Source: an uncultured bacterium (lineage in GTDB: Bacteria; UBP4; UBA4092). From it: a stretch of DNA of 64,000 bases. Position numbers and translations under genes: made by a program. Shown one piece after another: positions 57,599 to 64,000 of this stretch; the first letter of the stretch is position 1, and each line of letters begins with the position of its first letter. The notes below the pieces were generated by a model that worked only from the letters and a program-made list of their open reading frames with translations, was not told the DNA's origin and made no database searches. The stretch is taken from contig CAZXWN010000006.1 in assembly GCA_964644695.1 (NCBI GenBank), positions 196-64,195 of the forward strand, in the 5' to 3' direction.

Positions 57599-58126
57599 GT
57601 GCCTGATTTAAAACACGAAATCAGTCAGATAATTAGAGATATTCCGGATTTTCCAAAACAAGGGGTGATATTCAAGGATATCACCCCTTTACTGCGTCAT
57701 CCGGAAGCATTCAAAAAAGTTATCGACTGGATGATTGAACCGCATTTGAATAAGGGAATAGATATTATTGTAGGTGTTGAGTCCCGTGGATTTATGTTTG
57801 CCAGCCCTGCCGCGTATAAGCTGGGTGCGGGTGTTGTTCCGGTCCGTAAACCCGGTAAACTCCCTTGGAAAACGCTGGAAGCCTCCTACCAGTTAGAGTA
57901 TGGGGTGGACAGACTTCAGATTCATCAAGATGCCATCACTCCCGGACAGAAAGTCTTGATTTTGGATGATGTCCTGGCTACCGGCGGAACTGCCGAAGCC
58001 ACCTCATCCCTGATTAAAAAACTGGGGGGAGAGATCGTCGAAGCTTGTTTCCTGATAGAGTTGTCTTTCCTGAAGGGTCGAGATAAACTTCCTGGCGTAC
58101 CTGTCCGCAGCCTTTTACAATTTTAA
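57599..58126 (+). CDS. apt: Adenine phosphoribosyltransferase
   Basis: IRDIPDFPK.G..FKDIT, ESRGF, RKPGKLP, LEYG, DDVLATGGT. Confidence 0.97.
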   Translation: MPDLKHEISQIIRDIPDFPKQGVIFKDITPLLRHPEAFKKVIDWMIEPHLNKGIDIIVGVESRGFMFASPAAYKLGAGVVPVRKPGKLPWKTLEASYQLEYGVDRLQIHQDAITPGQKVLILDDVLATGGTAEATSSLIKKLGGEIVEACFLIELSFLKGRDKLPGVPVRSLLQF

Positions 58127-58270
58127 AATATTATTTTGATAATCCAGGTACTTGTAGGGAGTGTCATCTTTTCCTATAATGAGTAACAGAATGCTCAACC
58201 CGCACCTTTCGGTCTTTCGTTGAAATCGCGGGCAACGTCCCCGGTATTTCTCTGGGGTACCAACCGGGAT

Positions 58271-58347
58271 GCGCCCGTAGCTCAGTTGGATAGAGCAGCG
58301 GTTTCCTAAACCGTTGGTCGGGGGTTCAACTCCCTCCGGGCGCACCA
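58271..58347 (+). tRNA. tRNA-Arg (CCT)
   Basis: GCGCCCG/CGGGCGC acceptor, D-arm AGCTCAGTTGGATAGAGC, anticodon loop TTCCTAA, T-loop GTTCAAC, encoded CCA. Confidence 0.95.
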
Positions 58348-58398
58348 AATTCTTGATGGCTCGGAATTTTATTTGAAGGATAAGGAAGCACAATAACA

Positions 58399-59127
58399 AT
58401 GTCAAAAATTGACAAACACACGCTCAAAGATAATGAAGTAGATCATTTTATTGTTAAAGCGCGGGAATTTGTTCAGGAAAATCCCCGTCAGATCATCATT
58501 CCAATAATTGTCGTTGTGGCTGTTGTTGCCGGTGGGATTTTCGGAGTTAATTACTATAAATCACAGAGTGTAAAAGGTGATTTATCTTTAACCTCGGCCC
58601 AAATCCGCTATCAGCAGGTTGATAATGCCTCTGACCGTGGTTCTGAACTGTTAGCTTTAAGTGAATCAGAAAAAGCCTTTAAGAAAACAGCCCAGGATTA
58701 TTCCGGAAATCGTTATGGAAAAATCGCCCGGGTCTATGTGGCTGATAATATGTATAAAGCCGGCAAGTATGATGATGCCATCAAGGCCTATCGGGAAGCT
58801 ATTTCATCCGGTGCCCCTAAGAAGGGTGAAACTGCTGCATGGGCTCAAATGTCTATTGGATATTGTTATCTGAATAAGAATGATTACAAAACCGCTAAAA
58901 CTGAATTTGAAACGCTGACGAATAAATATCCGGATTCTTTCCTGGTTCCTTCTGCTAAGTTGCAAATTGCCAGCTGTCTGGAAAAAAGCAATGATGTAGA
59001 AAAGGCCAAGGAAATATACAAATCTGTCGCTGAAACTTATACGGACAGTTCCTGGGGCGCTGAAGCCAAGACTCGATTAGCGGCTTTGGGCGTTGATATT
59101 GCTCAGACTGCCAAGTCAGCCAAATAA
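58399..59127 (+). CDS. Single-pass TPR protein (YfgM-like)
   Basis: Short cytoplasmic N-terminus, one TM, TPR repeats with xYPxS motifs. Confidence 0.75.
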   Translation: MSKIDKHTLKDNEVDHFIVKAREFVQENPRQIIIPIIVVVAVVAGGIFGVNYYKSQSVKGDLSLTSAQIRYQQVDNASDRGSELLALSESEKAFKKTAQDYSGNRYGKIARVYVADNMYKAGKYDDAIKAYREAISSGAPKKGETAAWAQMSIGYCYLNKNDYKTAKTEFETLTNKYPDSFLVPSAKLQIASCLEKSNDVEKAKEIYKSVAETYTDSSWGAEAKTRLAALGVDIAQTAKSAK

Positions 59128-59191
59128 TAACTAACGAAGTATTATACTGGGATGAAGTTTTGATAATTACGCACTCCTGGTTTAAGGAGAT

Positions 59192-59827
59192 ATGAACATG
59201 AAAACAAGATCACTAAAATTATGGGCAATATTGGGAGCATTGGTCCTCACTTCAGTGTGGAGCTGGTCCGCTGAAACATCCACAGACACCACAGTCAGTA
59301 CGGATTCTATTCAACACAAAATTGAATCTGCTCAGAAATCATTAGACCAACAAAACTATGACAAGGCTCTGGCAGAATTAATCGAAGTTATTAAGCAACA
59401 ACAGAAGACTATTGATTCAATGAAGAATTCTACCGTGTTACCTCCGGCTCCGGGACCCAATGCTACTCAGGAGGAAAAAGACAGTTTCCTGAAACAAGTG
59501 AGTAAAAGTATTCCATTCTTGGGTGCCGATATTGGAGATGTAGAATACCAATGGCAAAAGGCGTATGATTTGCAGCACAAGGCTGTCTTTGATATGTCCC
59601 GCAAACAGGCAATACCCGTTTTCGAAGAGTCCATCAAGGAATATCGCCGTCTAATTGAACTGTATCCCCAGTCTCGGCGGGCTCCTCAGGCGACTCGGCA
59701 AATTGGCTGGATTTTACAAACTCAGTTAAAGAGAAAAGAAGAAGCCAAAATCGAGTGGAACACCATTTTAACGAAATATCCCAATTCACCTTATGTGGCA
59801 GATGCCCGGAAGTATTTAGGGCAATAA
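59192..59827 (+). CDS. Secreted TPR protein (CpoB/BamD-like repeats)
   Basis: Signal peptide; LIELYPQS..AP.A and LTKYPNS.Y...A repeats. Confidence 0.7.
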   Translation: MNMKTRSLKLWAILGALVLTSVWSWSAETSTDTTVSTDSIQHKIESAQKSLDQQNYDKALAELIEVIKQQQKTIDSMKNSTVLPPAPGPNATQEEKDSFLKQVSKSIPFLGADIGDVEYQWQKAYDLQHKAVFDMSRKQAIPVFEESIKEYRRLIELYPQSRRAPQATRQIGWILQTQLKRKEEAKIEWNTILTKYPNSPYVADARKYLGQ

Positions 59828-59928
59828 AATAAACAAATCAACCTGGAAAAAAGATTTTATAGCGGCCCTGCGATGCCCGTTCCTTTGAAGGACCGGACAC
59901 GGAGGGCCGACCAATATCGGAGAATTAA

Positions 59929-61338
59929 ATGTCATTTCAGCCTTCCAAAAAGCCCCTGAAAATATTCATCATCGTCACATTACTCCTGGTTGTGTCCTTG
60001 ATTGTCGGAAGTGGTTTTTCCCGTGCCAAAAACAGTGGCAGTGGTTCTGATATATATGAAAACCTGCAGTTGTTTGCGGAAGTCCTGGCAAAAGTGCAGA
60101 ATAACTATGTTGAGGAAGTGTCTCCGAAGAAGTTGGTGGAAGGCGCTATTCGTGGCATGATTGCAACACTGGACCCTTTTTCTCAATTCATGGACCCAGA
60201 GCAGTATAAAGACTTGGAAACCAATACTACAGGTGAATTTGGTGGGCTTGGAATCCAAATCATCATGAAAGACAATTGGGTTACTGTTGAATCTCCCATT
60301 GAAGGGACTCCCGCGTTTAAGGCAGGAATAAAGGCCAATGACCGGATTGTCAAAATTAATGATGAATCTACGGAAGGTTTTACCCTTGAGCAAGCTGTTA
60401 GTAAAATGCGTGGTCCCAAAGGCACTCAGGTTAAAATTCATATTTTCCGTAAAGGGTTAAAAGAACCCATGGCTTTTGTCATCACCCGGGATATTATTCT
60501 CCTGGACAGTGTGAATGCAAAGATGATTCAGGAAAAACCCGAGAAAATTGGGTATATCCGTATCAAGGAATTCAGAGAAAAGACCGGTGCGGATCTTGCT
60601 GCTGCATTAGAAAAGCTGACGAAGGACGGAATGACAGCGCTTATCCTGGACCTTCGTTATAATCCCGGCGGACTGCTTGATTCTTCTGTTGAAGTGTCAG
60701 ATTTATTTCTCCCTGCAAATCAGATTGTTGTCAGTACCAAAGGTCGGGCTCCTGGCAACGATAAGGAATATCGTACCAGTGATGGAGAAATCGTTAAGTA
60801 CTTGAATGTTCCAATGGTGGTGTTAGTTAATGAAGGGTCTGCCAGTGCTGCTGAAATCGTGTCTGGAGCTTTACAGGACCATCACCGTGCCATATTAATT
60901 GGACCTTTGGGTAAACGCACCTTTGGTAAAGGTTCCGTTCAATCCGTGATGAATTTACGCAATGGAACAGCTTTACGGTTGACGACAGCGAAATACTATA
61001 CACCCAGTGGAAAATCGATACATGGAACGGGTCTAAGACCTGATTTGGAAGTTGAGGTTCCCCGAGATGTTGAAGATTCTATTTTGTTCTCTGGTAAGCT
61101 GGGTGAGTTAACTGTTGCCAAGGTTACCCGAACCCTATCTGATGAATCGACAATTCGATTCGATACCAGTGAAACAGAAAAGGTTGAGGATGCTCAATTA
61201 ATGTATGCTCTGTCTATCTTCAAAAAGAAAGAGTATTTCCCCAAACCAGGATTTGTAAATCCTCCACCTCCTCCACCAGACAAATCTACGACAGATAGAA
61301 ATCATAGTGTTTCTACTACAAAAACTCTGGATAAATAA
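59929..61338 (+). CDS. ctpA: S41 C-terminal processing peptidase
   Basis: GMIATLDPFS, G.FGGLGIQI PDZ, DLRYNPGGLL, SASAAEI (Ser), TFGKGSVQ (Lys). Confidence 0.95.
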   Translation: MSFQPSKKPLKIFIIVTLLLVVSLIVGSGFSRAKNSGSGSDIYENLQLFAEVLAKVQNNYVEEVSPKKLVEGAIRGMIATLDPFSQFMDPEQYKDLETNTTGEFGGLGIQIIMKDNWVTVESPIEGTPAFKAGIKANDRIVKINDESTEGFTLEQAVSKMRGPKGTQVKIHIFRKGLKEPMAFVITRDIILLDSVNAKMIQEKPEKIGYIRIKEFREKTGADLAAALEKLTKDGMTALILDLRYNPGGLLDSSVEVSDLFLPANQIVVSTKGRAPGNDKEYRTSDGEIVKYLNVPMVVLVNEGSASAAEIVSGALQDHHRAILIGPLGKRTFGKGSVQSVMNLRNGTALRLTTAKYYTPSGKSIHGTGLRPDLEVEVPRDVEDSILFSGKLGELTVAKVTRTLSDESTIRFDTSETEKVEDAQLMYALSIFKKKEYFPKPGFVNPPPPPPDKSTTDRNHSVSTTKTLDK

Positions 61339-61356
61339 GTAATTCGCAGAATATAT

Positions 61357-61394
61357 AAAAAGAGGGAAACCTTCCGTTTCCCTCTTTTCTTTTA
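61357..61394 (+). terminator. Intrinsic terminator
   Basis: aaaagagggaaac/gtttccctctttt plus U-tract. Confidence 0.8.
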
Positions 61395-61452
61395 TTTATA
61401 ATTATTCGATGGTATTGCTATAATTCAATGCTAGATATCCATCATAAGGAGA

Positions 61453-62487
61453 ATGATACATATGGTTCGCTACCTAATTAAATTAATGATGTTAGTCTTG
61501 GTCTTGGGAGTTCTTGTGGGTTGTGGTGAAAAGAAATCCACACCAGCAAGCGATAAACTCCAGGTTGGTTTAGTCTTTGATATTGGAGGCCGGGGCGACA
61601 AGTCTTTTAATGATTCGGCTTTTGCTGGATTAGAGAAAGCATCCAAAGAGTTTAATTTAGAAATGGGAAAAGATATTGAATATATAGAGCCTTCAGAGGC
61701 CGCCGATCGGGAATCCGCTTTACGACAGTTGGCGTCCAAAGGAAAAAACTTGGTGGTTGCTATCGGGTTTATTTTTAGTGAAGATGTAAATCGTGTTGCC
61801 AAGGATTTTCCTAACACTAAATTTGCCTGTGTTGATTATGTTCCTCCAGCCGATGGCGTTGTTCCGGCTAATGTGGTGGGTTTGAAATTTAATGAAGAGG
61901 AAGGTTCTTTTCTGGTTGGCGTTATTGCCGGGTTGGTGACAAAAACAAACAAAATTGGTTTTGTCGGTGGAATGAAAAGTCCCCTCATAGAAAAATTTGA
62001 GAAGGGGTTTAAGGATGGCGTTCTTTATTCAAATCCCAAATGTACAGTCTTCTCCAATTATGCTGGGGTAAAGCCCGAGGCGTTCAAAGACCCTTCTAAA
62101 GGTAAAGAACTTGCACTATCCATGTATGGTAAAGGTGCCGATATCATCTACCATGCATCCGGGGCAACTGGCTCAGGAGTTTTTGAGGCTGCTCGTGAAC
62201 AGAAGAAGCTGGCCATCGGTGTGGATTCTGATCAATATAACGAAGCTCCAGGCTTTGTGCTCACCAGTATGGTGAAACGTGTGGATGTTTCCGTTTTTGA
62301 AACGATCAAAGCTGTAAAATCGGGTACTTTTACCAGTGGCATTAAAACATTTGATCTGGCAAACAGCGGCGTGGATTATGTTTATGACGACAATAACAAA
62401 GCATTAATACCCTCTACAGTGAAGGATAAAGTTGAAGAGGTCCGTCAGGGAATTATATCTGGGAAAATATCTGTTAAAACAAAGTAA
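61453..62487 (+). CDS. BMP family ABC substrate-binding lipoprotein (PnrA/TmpC-like), copy 1
   Basis: Lipobox LVGC, GGRGDKSFNDSA, GADIIYHASG, GVDSDQ, SMVKRVD. Confidence 0.93.
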   Translation: MIHMVRYLIKLMMLVLVLGVLVGCGEKKSTPASDKLQVGLVFDIGGRGDKSFNDSAFAGLEKASKEFNLEMGKDIEYIEPSEAADRESALRQLASKGKNLVVAIGFIFSEDVNRVAKDFPNTKFACVDYVPPADGVVPANVVGLKFNEEEGSFLVGVIAGLVTKTNKIGFVGGMKSPLIEKFEKGFKDGVLYSNPKCTVFSNYAGVKPEAFKDPSKGKELALSMYGKGADIIYHASGATGSGVFEAAREQKKLAIGVDSDQYNEAPGFVLTSMVKRVDVSVFETIKAVKSGTFTSGIKTFDLANSGVDYVYDDNNKALIPSTVKDKVEEVRQGIISGKISVKTK

Positions 62488-62500
62488 TTCTTTTTGGATT

Positions 62501-62546
62501 AAAATAAAACCCCTTTCTGTTTGATTCTCAGAAAGGGGTTTTATTT
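62501..62546 (+). terminator. Intrinsic terminator between BMP paralogs
   Basis: aaaacccctttctg/cagaaaggggtttt. Confidence 0.75.
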
Positions 62547-62616
62547 AGTCTTTTTTTACTGTTTGGTGAAACAGTCGTTCTCGCTTATAATTTTGATAAA
62601 TGGAGTGTTGGATATT

Positions 62617-63651
62617 ATGTTGATGCATAAGTGGTTTCTATTTATTGGAATCGTTTTATTGGGTGGACTGGTAGTAATGGGATGTCAGAAAAAGGTTCAG
62701 GTCTCTGAAGATAAAAATAAACTTCAGGTTGGTCTTGTATTTAATGTGGGTGGCCGTGGTGATAAATCATTCAATGACTCCGCTTATGCAGGATTAGAGC
62801 TTGTTGCAAAGAAATATCAATTAGTAATGGGAAAAGACATTGAATATATTGAGCCTTCTGAATCAATGGACCGTGAATCAGCTCTGAGACAGCTGGCGCA
62901 AAAAGGAAAGAAAGTCATCATAGGTACGGGATTTCTTATCAGTGATGATATTAACCGGGTGGCTAAAGACTATCCACAAATCAAATTTGCTTGTGTTGAT
63001 TATGTCCCCCCTAAATCAGGTGAAATTCCAGCAAATGTCGTTGGATTGCAATTCAAAGAAGAACAAGGTTCTTTTTTAGTGGGTGCCCTTGCCGGGATGA
63101 TGACCAAAACTAACAAAGTGGCTTTTGTCGGTGGCATGCAAAGCCCTATCATTAAAAAATTTGAAGATGGATATCGTGCAGGCGTTCAATATGTGAATCC
63201 TGACTGCAAAGTGGCCTCGAATTATGCAGGATTAACCTTAACAGCATTTCAAGATCCAAATAAGGGTAAAGAGCTTGCACTGACGCATTATCAAAAAGGT
63301 GCAGATATTATTTATCAGGCCTCAGGAGCTACAGGGCTTGGAGTGTATGAGGCTGCCCGTGAGACGGGTAAATTTGCTATTGGGACTGATGGAGATCATT
63401 GGGAAAATGCTCCCGGGTTGGTGATTACCAGTATGGTAAAACGAGTGGATAATGCTGTTTTAGATACTGTCCAATCTGTTGCGGAAAACCGTTTCAAAGG
63501 GGGTATTAAGCAACTGGATTTAGCTTCCGGTGGTTTGGATTATCTCTACAATGATAATAATAAAAAGATAATACCTTCCGATATCAGAGAGAAATTAGAA
63601 TTAATCAGGCAAGACATTATTAAGGGAAAAATTAAAATAGCAGATTACTAA
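62617..63651 (+). CDS. BMP family ABC substrate-binding lipoprotein, copy 2
   Basis: Lipobox VMGC, GGRGDKSFNDSA, GADIIYQASG; ATG 62617 behind GGAG. Confidence 0.92.
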   Translation: MLMHKWFLFIGIVLLGGLVVMGCQKKVQVSEDKNKLQVGLVFNVGGRGDKSFNDSAYAGLELVAKKYQLVMGKDIEYIEPSESMDRESALRQLAQKGKKVIIGTGFLISDDINRVAKDYPQIKFACVDYVPPKSGEIPANVVGLQFKEEQGSFLVGALAGMMTKTNKVAFVGGMQSPIIKKFEDGYRAGVQYVNPDCKVASNYAGLTLTAFQDPNKGKELALTHYQKGADIIYQASGATGLGVYEAARETGKFAIGTDGDHWENAPGLVITSMVKRVDNAVLDTVQSVAENRFKGGIKQLDLASGGLDYLYNDNNKKIIPSDIREKLELIRQDIIKGKIKIADY

Positions 63652-63657
63652 TATAAA

Positions 63658-64000
63658 ATGGCAGATTCATCCTTAAACGCTATTGCTGTCGAACTTCGCA
63701 GTATAACAAAGACATTTGGCTCATTACAGGCTAACAGTAATATTTCACTTACTGTTCGTCAGGGTGAGATTTTGGCTTTAGTTGGGGAAAATGGTGCTGG
63801 AAAATCCACCCTAATGAATATATTGTATGGTATGCATCAGGCCGATTCCGGTGAGATTCTGATTCAAGGTAATTCTGTGAAAGTGTCTTCACCCTCTGTG
63901 GCAATCAAACATGGTATTGGAATGGTTCACCAACACTTTATGCTGATTCCCCCATTCACAGTTACCGAAAATATAATATTAGGGAATGAACCTGTCAAAT
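63658..64000 (+). CDS. Nucleoside/sugar ABC transporter ATP-binding protein, 5' part (truncated by window edge)
   Basis: Not in ORF track. Manual translation [48 protein letters not shown]. Confidence 0.92.
   Translation, partial: MADSSLNAIAVELRSITKTFGSLQANSNISLTVRQGEILALVGENGAGKSTLMNILYGMHQADSGEILIQGNSVKVSSPSVAIKHGIGMVHQHFMLIPPFTVTENIILGNEPVK

Noticed and set aside
58271-58400. tRNA-Arg as an integration site
   Set aside because: No integrase, no duplicated tRNA 3' end, and housekeeping genes on both sides.
59863-59910. GC-rich irregular hairpin before ctpA (ggccct...agggcc) as SRP RNA or riboswitch
   Set aside because: Too short, and lacks the SRP domain IV or known aptamer motifs.
61261-61278. 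Hexaproline run in the CtpA C-terminus as an arrest motif
   Set aside because: It sits in a low-complexity tail followed by a terminator, with no downstream SD hairpin.

Overview
A gene-dense window from a diderm bacterium (lpxK, MCE protein, lipoproteins), probably an uncultured lineage; I cannot assign the taxon from sequence alone. Most of it is housekeeping: ispE, pgm, lpxK, mlaD-radA-yacL-ispD-ispF-pduO, rseP-proS, rlmN-rnr, hup, dgt, dusB, rpsU-apt, tRNA-Arg(CCT), ctpA and BMP/ABC genes. Accessory genes are interleaved: two GH172/DUF2961 enzymes, an M55 peptidase, a transglutaminase-like protein, a pentapeptide-TIR protein, a large SBBP surface protein, and a cobalamin-riboswitch-controlled class III RNR (nrdDG). 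I saw no CRISPR array, prophage, integrase or transposase. The strongest lead is at 53223-54306. A DUF2946/CruR-like membrane leader protein with two HxH..CxxC modules ends in a RAPP arrest motif, and its last codons are the exact complement of the Shine-Dalgarno of the next gene, a type IV pilin-like protein. This looks like a ribosome-stalling translational switch on a pilin. Other leads are a dispersed 47-bp palindromic repeat (3 copies), a lipoprotein sugar-binding protein fused to its ABC permease, a trypsin-like pseudoprotease with a long TPR array, an MlaD with a probable C-terminal beta-barrel, and a 29-aa bS22/mS38-like gene missing from the ORF track.
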